Assembly (NCBI RefSeq): GCF_021869535.1
Contig: NW_026262668.1
Span: 6,510,001-6,574,000 of the forward strand
DNA from: Mytilus californianus
Taxonomy: Eukaryota
DNA: 64,000 bases
Direction of reading: 5' to 3'
Shown: positions 11,440 to 23,690 of the stretch, piece after piece
Layout: each line of letters starts with the position of its first letter
Numbering within the stretch: position 1 is the stretch's first letter
The notes under the pieces: model-generated
What the model saw: the letters and a program-made list of their open reading frames with translations, nothing else
Databases searched by the model: none
Told to the model about the DNA's origin: nothing
Translations under genes and position numbers: made by a program

Positions 11440-11960
11440 AATGGTATGCGTACAAAGCATATACCTTCATCAGGAACGCTCGAAGCCAAATATTTGAAAG
11501 CAAAGAATGTAAAAATACAGAATCACGTGACCTAAAAGGGACCTAAAAATAGTAATCAAATTCATCCTAGAGAGAGTGGGAACATTAGATTCAATGTATT
11601 TTTAAAAGTTAGTAGACCGGACAATTTAAGAATGGTGTGTTATAAATCATGTCAGTGCCTAAGCACTGACTACTAGCTGGTGATACCCTCGGGTACTAAT
11701 AATACACAAGCAGCTGTATCGACACAGAAATAAAAATGAAAATAAAATAAATTGTTTGCGTCCGAAACGCTTTTCTTGATATGAACCTTCACGAGGAACG
11801 CTTAATGTCAAATATTTGGAAGCCAAGGATGTACAAATACAGAATCACATGAAGAGCTATATGATCAAGAGGTACCTACAAATAATGGCCAAGTCCATCT
11901 AAGGTTAACTTCGCCTGAGGGAATTGGAACCAAGCTAGTTCAAAGACAACTACAACTAAC
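11440..11960 (-). mobile_element. Penelope-like/retrozyme-type repeat segments with degenerate hammerhead-like cores
   Basis: Two related copies (about 11440-11575 and 11754-11930), contiguous with a family A copy. Minus strand reads GAGCGTTC-CTGATGA-AGGT at 11461-11482 and CTCGTGA..GAAA-AGCG-tttcgga-CGC at 11754-11803. Further relatives at about 22140-22290 (opposite strand, truncated) and 32478-32645. Confidence 0.6.
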
Positions 11961-12829
11961 AAAAGCTAAGTTTTCCCAGACTTAAATAACAATCATTATT
12001 AAATAGATGATGGGGATTTAAATGAATTTCACATTGTGGAAAATTCCGTTAACCTCTCACGTGAAATAACTCGTTTATTTTCACTCTCGAGGCTTTCCCC
12101 GCCTTTTACCGGTCCCTCACTTAAGACCCCCAGCTGAAGATGTGCGCTTTGATACTTTTAAACTAATATTGAAAAAGTACTTCACATATCAACAATTAAT
12201 AGACAGTGCGGGTGCACTTAAAACAAACTTCTTGCTTTCAAATAATTGCAAAATCTGCATTAAACCTATCGAAGACAAGTGATGATGTTCCATTTTTACA
12301 ACTGTGTGCAATACACATATATTCATGTGCCAAAAAAGCAAGGAACCTGTAGTCAAGTAGTTGTGGTTAGTTGCTGTCTCCCATAATTGATTTTTGATTA
12401 ATATTATTAGCTGAAAACTATTCGTTAGTTTTCTCTTTTGAATTGTTCACATTTTGTCACCCGGAACCTGTTATGGGTTTCCAAAGAATATTAAAGGCTG
12501 CCGGTGTTGTGACCTGTATTTCTTGACATTTGTATCCTTTGGTCTTAGTTGGATTGTTGTCTCATTGGCAATCGTGTCACATAACCATTACCTTAAGCTT
12601 ATTTTAATATTCAATTTGTATGAACTAAAAGTTACATATATTTCTTCTTTCTTAACAGAAAAAAACATCAATTGGTTGATGATTATACTTTCTGGCGCAT
12701 GACTAGTTTAACAGTATTGTTAATAATTACATTCATTTTTCTATTTTTCTATTTGTAAGTATAATTTTTATTTTTATTTTTTGTATAAGATAAAAACAAG
12801 ATATATATTATGGCATGTACTACATGAAG

Positions 12830-13535
12830 GTATGGGTAGGTGTCAAGGATAGTGGTGCTTCAGGCTATTGTTTCAGGTTATTTGTAACAATCTTTTAATG
12901 TTTGGCAGAAGACAGAAAATTAGTAATTGTCTTTGCTGCATCGAATTTGTCTGTATGTTAGTTCGTGATTAGACCTGGTGTTTGATTTGCTTTTAATTAT
13001 GATGTCATTATATGGTATGGCAATTTTATTGTTCATGGTGATTCTATGGAACATGTTTAATCGGCTTTTAAGTCTTCTGTCTTGTAATGATGGCCAGTGA
13101 AGTGTGTTCAGCATGTTTGTGTAACACTTTCACTATATGAGTATTTAAAACATACTTGCTGCACGTCTTTGGACTTTTTCTATGGAGTTAATGTTCTCTG
13201 TTGTGTAAGGGTCCCAGACGGTGCAGCAGTATTCTAGTTTTGACTGATAAGGGCTTAGTATGCTCGGTCTTTAATGGCCACTGAGTTTATTTTGAGATTT
13301 CGGATGAATGCAAGGGTCTTGGTTGCTTTTGATGTCATGTTCTGAATGTGTGTGTGTTCCAATTTAAATATGTTGATATTGTTACTCCGAGGAATTTTGC
13401 GTTTTCAACTGAATCAAGAATGTGGCCGTGCATATTATAATAAAAATTAATATGTGTTTTCTTTGTGGTCACTCGGGATATGTTGCATTTGTCAGGATGG
13501 AACTGCATAAGCTAGTCTTGTTCCCATATTTTGTG
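12830..13535 (-). mobile_element. 5'-truncated LINE (CR1/L2-group) ORF2 C-terminal fragment, disrupted
   Basis: Minus-strand translation gives WEQD*LMQFHPDKCNI..HGHILDSVENAKFLGVT..LNWNTHI..KATKTLAFIRNLK..IEKVQRRAAR..MLNTLHWPSLQDRRLKSRLNMFHRI, typical RT C-terminal motifs, with stops and frameshifts. Confidence 0.88.
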
Positions 13536-13904
13536 AGTATTTTTGGTAGATACCTTTTGTCACTGAAATAATTCTAATTTTGAAAGATTATAATGTTTTT
13601 TTTATAATTTAAAATGTGACTTGTAACGACTATTGATAAATGTATTTATCAAAGTTGTACAAAAGTTCCAACATGCAAAATAGTATTTGTTTATAGTTAA
13701 CACGTGTTTGGTTATTTATAGTAAGGTTGGCATGATTGGGTTATTGGGTTTCATGCACAAGTGGATTTAGGCGGTTTAAAGTCATTCGAGCTATTGCAGT
13801 CAAAGTGTACAGTCGCATTTTACCAAATAAATGATATAATAATTAATATTATTCATTTTCAAATTTCCTTACCACCAGTAAACGACAACCAGTACCAGCT
13901 GCTA

Positions 13905-14226
13905 ATTTTGGGAGGGTTGAGATCTCACAAAACATGTTTAACCCCGCCGCATTTTTGCGCCTGTTCCAAGTCAGGAGCCTCTGGCCTTTGTTAGTCTTGT
14001 ATGTCTTTTTTATTTTGGTTCATTTATATGTTTCGGAGTTTAGTGTGACATCCATTTTCGCTGAACTAGTACACATTTTTGTTAAGGAACCAGCTGAAGC
14101 CCACCTCCGGGTGCGGTATTTTCTCGCTGTGTTGAAGACCGATTTGGTGGCCTTGGGCTGTTTTCTGCTCTTTGTTCGGGTTGTTGTCTCTTTGACACAT
14201 ACCCCGTTTCCATTCTCAATCTTATT
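13905..14226 (+). mobile_element. Interspersed repeat family C (shares a core with family A)
   Basis: GGGAGGGTTGAGATCTCACAAAACATGTTTAACCCCGCC...CCAAGTCAGGAGCCT...CCATTCTCAAT. An upstream piece of the same family lies at 4596-4685. Confidence 0.7.
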
Positions 14227-17200
14227 TCCACATTATTATACAAATATGCATAATAAAATGTGCACTTGTCTCTGCAAGTGGTGTCTCCCATATAAGAGCA
14301 GAGGCTGATTAGCTACATTTATGGTTAATCCAGACTATTTACCTGTTCCTCTCCAAACTTTGTCTAGTTTGGGGCCCGGCGACCCCCTCTAACTTTTTTC
14401 AAAATCCTGGATCCGCATCTGGAGTTTGTGGTAATTTGATATATAATATTTTATATACGTTTCAGTTTACGAATTAGAATATAAATAACATTTCATTATC
14501 ACATGATAAATTTGGTCAAGGTTTATTTTGAATTCTACTTCAACTTTGTCAAATTTATCAGTTAGATACCTCATCCACGTGATGAATTAGTTTAAAAGAC
14601 AAAACTTACACAATTCGAGTAAGCTTTTACCAAATTTTTAGTAAAATTTTCTTGGAGGGTATTTTTGTTTAGAGAAGAAAATATTATCATAATATATTTA
14701 TATTTATATATATTTTAAAAGGGTAAGTTTTACGAATATATTCTTGGAGCAGAGAAACAGCAATATGCTACTAAATAAATATGTGTATTCTAGAATAATA
14801 AACCAATAACATATAATGATTCTTCAGATGTGGAATATTGTATAGAGGTTTTGAATTCTCTATTAAGTATATATTAGCGCAAGTAGGTAAGGTAAACATT
14901 TCGGTAAATTTGTGGACAAATAAAAGAGTCAGAAAATAATCTGTATTTCAAGAGAATAACTTCATCAGCCAATGCTAGTCTTCTTGTGTCTTTGTTGTAG
15001 GGAGAGGGTACTGTTTAGAGTAGGAAAATCATGGTTTTGATAGTAGTTGTTGGGTTTCAATACAAAGTACATTTCAATCATACATTGTAATCCATTTTTT
15101 TTTAATAACTGAGATATTTTACATTGTAAAAACCTGATATATCTGGACATTCTTTTGTTCTTTGTGCGATGTCCGGCCATTCCTGGCTAAATAGTATACG
15201 GAAAATACTAGCAATTTGACTCATAAAAAATCAATTTTTAAAAAATCGTCTCGGAGACATAAAGAAATATCATTAAGTAAAATCCTTGACTTTCCATAAC
15301 GGATTAATTGGTTCGATCGCTACATAGGCCTTATTTCAGAAGGGCTTACATCCCACAATTTCCAACGAACATTAATCTAAAGACTTGGGAGCGTTAAGTA
15401 GGTTTGATTCATATCTATATCGTTATTGTGTAGGATTTGACACAAAAAAAATAATACTATCCAAAGCAAGGGTTTACGGTTTACATTTTGGTATCGTCAA
15501 TAGGAAGCAATTAACCCAAAGAGTTAAAAAAACCAGAAAGGCATGATATATAGGTCAACACACGGACTTCATTTAATAAACAAGTGTCTATTCAATATGA
15601 CAGACATGTTTAAATCAAACTGTAAGTCGTTAAGAGCCCACAACCAAGTAGTGAACAAAATTAAAGATTTGCCAACAACACAATCCATCATAAGACAAAA
15701 CTGGGATCCTGACATAATATTCTCAATACCGTAAGCGGACTTCCGGTTCGAATGTAGCTATATATTTGAATTGAAGCTTGCAAAATCGAAAATATTTCAT
15801 CAGGATTCCAGGTTACAAAACAATCGAGATTACTAAACCAGCACGATGTCTCACTAGAGACCGGTATATGAACACTTTGTTTATAGCATTGGTCATCACG
15901 AATCGTTCGATCGTTACACAGTCTCAGTTCCTATACTTACAGCAGACAAGTTTTTATGTGATGTGGTTTCCTTTTGTCCTGTGTCGTCAATTTGATTGTT
16001 TTAGACTTTTTCGTGTTCCTGGTAGTGATATAAGCTTTTACATACGAGTAATTACTTAATTAAGTTTACAAAATGTACTGGTGATGCAAACAGGAGATTA
16101 TATTTTATCGAAGAAAATGATCCACTCCTCTTTCTATCCAATGGTGGCTACCTGAACTAATGAAATAGGATATGACTTAGGTCGATTGATATTTGCAATG
16201 GTTAGATATTTAGTGTTCCTTATTAATGGCCGTAGTATTTTTGTATTTAAACGCAGCAAAATGCATACAAAACATTTTCATCAATAAAACTAAAAGCGTC
16301 CTGTTAAATTTATGAGTTTTAAGTTCAATTGAATTGATGATGTATTCCCACTCAAAATTAACCCATTGTACAATCATATGTAGAGATGGATTTGGTTACC
16401 CTTTCGGAGCACATGAAATTACCCCCTGTTTTTGCTGGGGTTCGTGTTTTTCAATCTTTAGTTTTCTGTAAGTGTTTTCTAAACTGTTTGTTTTTTATGT
16501 CGTTTTTTTGTCATGATATTGTCGATTTTTCTTCGACTTATGATTTCTAATTGTCCCCTTCCTTGGTATCTTCCGACTCATTTTACAGCGAGTGCTTGCA
16601 TTTAATATATCCCAGTAAACTTGACCTATAGATGTTAATGTCTGTGTCATTTGGTCTTTTGTGGAGAGTTGACTCATTGGCAATCATACCACATCTTCTT
16701 ATTTTTATATTGAAATCAAGATTATTTCCAGACTTGAAGTCTGCTTGATATCTATACTTTTTTTTTATTTGAAATCGACTTTTTTTAAGTAGGATCCATA
16801 AAAATGGTGAATATATCAGTTTCTACCCCATTGTATGTCGTTCATATACACGCGTGTGCATATTCATGTTTGTTTTGTATACTTTTGGTCTTTTGGGGTT
16901 TTTTTTCTATGGCGTTGTCAGTTTAATTTCGATTTTAAGTTTGAATGTCCCTTTGGTATCTTTCATCTCTTTTTCACTACAACGGACATCATTAACAAAA
17001 ATGTGCCCCAAGCAGAGCTATGTGGAAAAAAGACTGAAATTGACACTATTAAAATGTTTTACTGTCATCTCTCTCACGGTTAACTAATTCGTTACGAATT
17101 AGTTGAACCGATACTTTTCGACTATACCTTTTTCCAGAAACGATCAGAACCTATCTAAAATATTAGTGCCTGTTTGACTCTATTATAAGTACGGGAAAAA

Positions 17201-18333
17201 ATAAAACCATAAACTACTTTTACTTACAAACTAAACTTGAAACAGCAATATAATGGTGGCAAATGGCGAAACACTGATGGCTTAACAGATGATGCTTTGA
17301 GAGACTAACAGTTCACGTGTAGCAGTGAAGAACCAGTGCTACTTAATCAAGTGACACATACAGAGTTCGCTGTATTTGGGGTACGATATGAAGGTGAACC
17401 ATTTACTGAAAGTTACCAAGACTGACAAAGCCTACATTACATGTGATGTAGAACAAAGACACATATCAGACAAGTATTCAAATAGTTGTTCGGAATCTCA
17501 ACCGTAAAACTTAAAAATAGAAATCATATTGGTAATTTCTTGAGTTTTATTCCTCTGTAAATTCAAATCTGGGATACTACGGAAGTCAAAATAGACTCTG
17601 CGGTATCAAATATATGAATTAATACATAAATATATAATGATGGAATGCTCGAACCATCTCATTTTCTTTGGGTTTCAGTATCTTTAGGTAAAAGACTTTA
17701 TGAAAAGCCTCATTCTGGATGGTAACTTATATGCCAATTTTACTTTTGTATTTATTTTGCATTATAAGGTTGCTAACTGTAATATACGAGTTTATATACA
17801 AATAAAGATCGTTTGCAGATTACTTTTCTCTGTAGATGTAAATCTCAATAGAATTTTCATTCCAACTCTCATACTTGGTCTCGTCCTGATATGCATGAAA
17901 TATTTGCCAATGGACGTTAAGCAACCAACAATCAATCAATCATACTGGGTACTTTTGTGACCATAGACAAATCTCACTTTTGCTTTAGATGTCTAATATA
18001 TTTGAACTTTGCTGGCATTTCTTAGCACAAATACGTAACTAACAGTTAAAATAGATGGTGTCATTGAGACATAATGTGTAAGTGACTTTAGGGTGTTTTA
18101 TTGTATAAAACTTCAAAGCCCCTGTGTGTTTTGACCGTTCAGTTTGGTTTTTTTTAATTTTCAATAGTATACAGCTATCCACTCATCAGTTTGAATGACA
18201 ATGTTTCAGATCTGTTCTTTGGTGCCGAAAATTATTGTTATTAAAATGTAATATTTCAATATCTTAATATAGTAAAGGAGACGTTCATGTTGAGTATATA
18301 TTGATGTTTATTTTGTTTCCCTCACTCAGGTAA

Positions 18334-19320
18334 ATGGCCAGCCAAATAATTGAGGTAAAACTTCCAGAACCACAACAGAAAGTGTTTAGCGGGGAAGTGT
18401 TTCCTTACATTGTTTCACCTGCTGACAGCTCTGATCTTGCTGACATTAACAAGACATGTTACTTGGTTGAAAATAACAGAGAATATGTCGAATCATGTCT
18501 GATAAAATATGGCGCTGTCTTATTCCGCGGCTTTCCAATAGAAAACCCCGAAATGTTTGACAAGTTCGTCAAAGCGTTTGGTTATGAAGCACTGCCTTAT
18601 GTCGGTGGAGCAGCTCCAAGAAAGTTAGTGGTCGGCGACGTATTTACATCAAACGAAGCCCCACCGGAAATGCTTATTCCCTTTCACCATGAAATGGCCC
18701 AAGTACCGACGTTCCCGAATGTTTTATTTTTCTTTTGTAATATCAGTCCACCAGACGGAGGTCAGACACCACTTGTTTTATCTAATCTAGTTTATCAACA
18801 AATGTTAAAATTAAACGAACCATTTGTAAATAAACTTTTGGAACTCGGTGTCAAGTATACACGGGTTCTTCCGAACGGAGACGATCCTACGTCACCCATA
18901 GGTAGAATGTGGCAATCTACTTACGGGACAACGAACAAGGAAGAAGCCGAAAAGAAAGCACTTGAGTTAGTCGGTAGCATTGAGTGGCTTTCAGATGGCT
19001 GTCTAAGAACAGTAACAGATGTTCTCCCAGCAATAAGGGAAGACAAACGCACGGGAAAAATGACATGGTTTAATTCTGTGATAGCTGTATACCGTGGTTG
19101 GAAGGACAGCAGAAATTCTCCAGAAACATCAATTACATTTGGAGATGGATCACCCATGAATCCTGATGTCATGACAACACTGGAAAATGTTCTAAATGAG
19201 CTAGCTATTGATTTTATGTGGAAGAAACACGACGTAGTGATGGTTGACAACCGCCAGGTATTACATGGCAGACGATCATTTGTCCCACCTAGACAAATTC
19301 TCGCAGCACTTTGCAAATGA
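18334..19320 (+). CDS. TauD/TfdA-family Fe(II)/2-oxoglutarate dioxygenase, clavaminate-synthase-like (328 aa, single coding exon)
   Basis: YGAVLFRGF, IPFHHEMAQ (HxE iron ligands), FFFC..PPDGGQTP, WKKHDVVMVDNRQVLHGRR (distal His, 2OG-binding Arg). Splice acceptor CTCACTCAG (AG 18328-18329) lies 4 nt before the ATG. Confidence 0.95.
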   Translation: MASQIIEVKLPEPQQKVFSGEVFPYIVSPADSSDLADINKTCYLVENNREYVESCLIKYGAVLFRGFPIENPEMFDKFVKAFGYEALPYVGGAAPRKLVVGDVFTSNEAPPEMLIPFHHEMAQVPTFPNVLFFFCNISPPDGGQTPLVLSNLVYQQMLKLNEPFVNKLLELGVKYTRVLPNGDDPTSPIGRMWQSTYGTTNKEEAEKKALELVGSIEWLSDGCLRTVTDVLPAIREDKRTGKMTWFNSVIAVYRGWKDSRNSPETSITFGDGSPMNPDVMTTLENVLNELAIDFMWKKHDVVMVDNRQVLHGRRSFVPPRQILAALCK

Positions 19321-22300
19321 ACACTGAATTTGTCTTTCTCTTTTTGTCTTGTTATGGTATATTAATTACTATGTAATGCATTATTTTCATATGAAGTTTA
19401 TTTTTGTGTTATTGGCATTAAAGGTATTGTTGATGCTGTACGGTACCTTTTATCAGATAACATATTTATCTACAATTTTGACATTGTCGTATTGTCTTAA
19501 TCAATCCTTAGCGAACAGTTGAGGTCGGATGAAAATAACCAGCGACTCATAACTGAATTATTTTTACTAACCATAGCCATTACATCAAATATCAAGAGAT
19601 TATATTTTTGCACGACGTATATTCCTCTATATATGTTTTGCTCTAGCGCCTTTTTGTTAACAGACAAAAGGCTTTGTTAAAATATAAATCTTGATGAACA
19701 TGGTCGAGCTTAAACAAGCGTAAAAGTTGAGAATTATAATGGAGATACCATCGTTACGATTCAAACTTCATTTTTTAAATTGTATTGTACAAAAAGTTAT
19801 ATAATAAAGTATTTTTGTTCAACCTTGAACTACATTACAGACATGATACGTGAATATACTTTTAAGCTCTCAAAGTTAAAGTTCGCACACAAAGTACTTC
19901 GGACGGATGACGGTTCCAACTTTGAAGAAAGTTTGCTTTGTAAATTTTGTGCTTTGTATGGTATGTGTTGTAAGGATTTTTTTAGTGTGTTTCTCTTTGG
20001 GGGGGGGGGGGGGGGGGGTACAAGTACAAAGAGTTACATGAATTTTATTTAAAAATATCTTAAAAATAATCATATAACATTGTTAAAACAATAATACAAA
20101 ATATAATCATCACATCAAAATACCAAGTAAAACGAGTCAAACAAACATCATACAACTTAATTGGACATATTATAGTTTATAAAAGTATCTTACATTTCAA
20201 TATTTTTTACACCAAGATGTCGTTAAACATGTTATATAAAATTGGATACTATGCATTTATCATGCTTTTCAATAACATATGGTCAAATCACTGAACGACC
20301 TCCTCCTTCTAAATTATTGAAAACTAACATTCGGCATTGACAATGATATCTTGGTGTAAATTAGATTCACCCATTCGGGCTAACGCCCTCAGGGTGTATC
20401 TAATACAAAAACCTTTTGAAAAAAGCTCATTTAATCTCAGAACTACCCCCTTTTCCCACTTACTATAACCTTCACCCTATAATAATAGAAATTGTAGTCA
20501 CTTGACGTTGAAAAGTTTATTTGATAAAATTCTAGAACGTGGAATGTGTTCTAACCTTGAACTCTTTATGCGATCTGCAATGGTTTGACGTAAAATTATA
20601 TCTGTAATAGTAAATATAGACCATCGAACTGCAAACATTGATTGCTGGACTTTGAGCAATTATCAATATTACATACGTGTACATCGAGCTTATGATAAAA
20701 GATGAAACACTAATTCTAATCATGTCAATTTAGATATGAATTAGAGTTTGACCTCAAAATTATTTTCAACGTTTATAAATATTCAGCTATGAGCTTGACA
20801 GTATAGGTTGAAAATAAAAAAAAAAGTTTGTTGAAATGCTTGAAGCATTTACAAGAAACGATTTATTGCTTTTTCAGTAGTCATTTTTGTTAAATTTTAT
20901 CAAAATCAGTGATACATCATTGACTTGCAAGACAATAATTCGAGCTCATTTTCATCTCTACGCATGCTTTGCTTGGCTTTATTTGGAGATTGTTTGCGTA
21001 TGTATTCAACATGTTTAGTTATTGAAAAGTATGTTAGCTGGAAAAAGTGAAGCTTGAGAATCGATTTCGTTAACTAATTCAGCCTTCGAACATTTTTCTG
21101 ATACAACTTCCAAGTAAAACGACGATGTACCTGATTATTTACATATGAATATAAACAGAACTAGGACAACCGTCGTTATACTCGCGCTCTTCCATATATA
21201 TCTGTTTATATTTATTTTGATCTCATGTGCCTATCGTCACTTTTTGGGAGGTCGATGGTTAATTAGATGGCGTACAGTCCCAAAATGTTCATACTTCATA
21301 ACGATTCCATGGGTTGCTTATTGTTTCCTATGGAACTTTTTAAATTCTGATATACTTTTAAGTATGATATTAATAAAATATGTTTAAATGAATTTGGCAG
21401 CTAATGCCCTTTCAATTATGAGTTTATAATTCCTCCTAGTATTTCCTAATATTTCTTGGATTTCCAATTTTAGTGGATTTTATTTACTAATATTCCTTGG
21501 ATTTGCAATTTTTAAGGGGTTGTTTGGGAGGGATTAATGAAGGAAAGATGGGTGATGCAAGGAATCTTTCCTGCTTAGTTGGAACCATAATGAACGAGCT
21601 GTTCTTTTGCCAGGCTCTCCCTCTACTATGATTGCCTATCCCTGAACAATGTTTATTGTAGTTAAAGATACCGCATACATTTTATCAAAATTGTGTTCTC
21701 AAAACTTTTCTCTGGGTTGATGTTTGTCTTTATGAATTTCAGAGACAAATTTGTCGTAACAATATCAGGGATACTCAGGGATATTTTGCGGCTTCCCCGA
21801 ATTTCTGGATTTTGATTGTTATGAAACACACTAGATATAACGAGCCTTGTCAAATGTATAATTTTCTAAACTTTGCTAATTTCTATTTTATTAAAACTAT
21901 TCAGGGAACACAAATGTTGGTTGGTATCATATCGTTTGTAGCTAAAAGTTATGTAAAATTCTGTTATAAGGTAAAAACGCACAATTATCTAAACAGTCAA
22001 GAATTTCGTTATTTAAAAAATACTTGGATCAGTTAGCTCAGTAGTCAGTACTTCGGTACTGACCTGACTTCGGTACTGACATGATCTATGACAAACCTTT
22101 CTAAAATTGTCCATTTATAAATGTAGAAAAGACCAAGAAACTAAGGATTCAACTCCCTCATGCATCTTTGACCTTAGATGGATTTGGCTATTACTTTTAG
22201 GCCCTTTTTGGTCAGCTCTTCGCCTTCATTTTTTGTTTAAATCTATAAATTTAAAATTGGAAATTCAAGAACTTTTTTATCCGATTGTATGTGCTTTCTA

Positions 22301-23360
22301 AACAAGTGTTCACCTATTTTGAAAACAGTTCAGTCAGTAATATTTCAGAGAATAAATGCATAATTGTATTTTTTTTCGATTTTCACTTATAGTTCAACGA
22401 GATCAAGTTGTATGCAATTTTTACCAAAATCTGTGACATAGCCCATTTACTGTTCCTTGACCTTAAATTAACTTTACCTTTTAGAGCTGATTTTTACCGC
22501 AACTTCAATGTGAGCAACGCATTTCCTGTAAAAACCGGCTTGTTTATAAAAGCGTAAGCGAAACACTTTATTTACTGTTAAATATTTAGCACCCGAAGAG
22601 CACAAAACACACTTATTTATTTATTGTGAAACAGTAGGCACATGGAAAGTACTTGCTTTCTAGATGCATTACGCAAAATCACTAGTTACTTTTTTATTTC
22701 TTAACATTGCCGCTAGAAACAAATAGATCCGGAAACGGTTTCAAGTTCTATTCCAATGTTTATTAAATGTTAAATAAGCATATTTTGAAATCACGTAGAC
22801 TCTTACGGCACATTCATGAACCAACACTCAATTTTCTCTGATACATATTGTCTGATCCACAGACTTTATATACTTAAATCTAGGTTATCTTCAAACCACG
22901 TGAACTTTTAAAAAGCACGTACTAGTCCTAAAACAAGGTCTTTTATCTGACCCAGATCAAAGGAGATCCTGTTAGGAAGTACAAAACGATCAGCGACATT
23001 CAAACCGATCTTTTTTAAACGGGTCTTTTTTTTATAAAACTATTTACCGCATTTAAATATGATACACATTCCCAGAGATTGTCATAATTTTCACCAGTTG
23101 CAACCATCAAAACATAAAGTATGTCTCCTGTCGACACTATGTCAGACAATGGGTTACATGACAGGGTCGTTGAATCAGATATTGTGTTAAAGTGCGCTAT
23201 TTGATCTATGAGTGCAAAGAGTATATACGTATTGGGGTCAAGTGAACAGAAGATAAAAAACAAAGTGTCTCTTATTATTTCTTTCATCTGTAAAATTTAT
23301 GCGAATGAATACTTCACTTGGCAATATTTCATAAACATAAATACGTCTTTATATACAGAC

Positions 23361-23690
23361 GATGATATGAATGGCTGCTGAACGTCGAGCGGCAAATTTA
23401 ATGCATATTCAAGACAAGAACATTTGAATGCAACATGAATATTAACCCTACTTTGTGTACTAGATAATGATAATCGGGATTTTTAACATGCTAGTTCACA
23501 AGGTACTAGTCTGCAGGAAGACATGTCACCTTAGCCAGACACGTTATTCTGACTCCGAGCCGACCAGTCTTTGACCTTACTCCTTAATGCCGCGTGCTCA
23601 GCGACAAAGCAGCAAACATCAATTTTAAACCCAACCCACGAACTCCCGCATTCGAGGCGAACACGCTAACACGAGCCCACCGAGGCGGTA
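23361..23690 (-). mobile_element. tRNA-derived SINE with V-type central domain, near full length
   Basis: Minus strand: ACCGCCTCGGTGGGCTCGTGTTAGCGTGTTCGCCTCG head (A box; B box partly deleted), then TTAAAATTGATGTTTGCTGCTT..AGCACGCGGCATTAAGGAG..AAAGACTGGTCGGCTCGGAGTCAGAATAA, then tail GTCTTGAATATGCATTAAATTTGCCGCTCGACGTTCAGC. The V-domain label is recalled, not searched. Confidence 0.8.

Noticed and set aside
13934-14308. 124-aa hydrophobic ORF
   Set aside because: Most of it lies within repeat family C; chance frame.
18921-19316. 131-aa antisense ORF (also 4737-4976, 5938-6141, 41634-41834)
   Set aside because: Shadow frames of real genes with no recognisable motifs.
18334-19320. Bacterial contamination
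   Set aside because: Spliceosomal acceptor before the ATG, no operon or RBS context, and host repeats on both flanks.
19999-20018. G20 tract as a functional G-quadruplex
   Set aside because: Simple homopolymer; similar G runs occur at about 4667 and 48920 within repeats, with no functional evidence.
23640-23690. tRNA gene
   Set aside because: It is a SINE head with a deleted B box that cannot form a cloverleaf.
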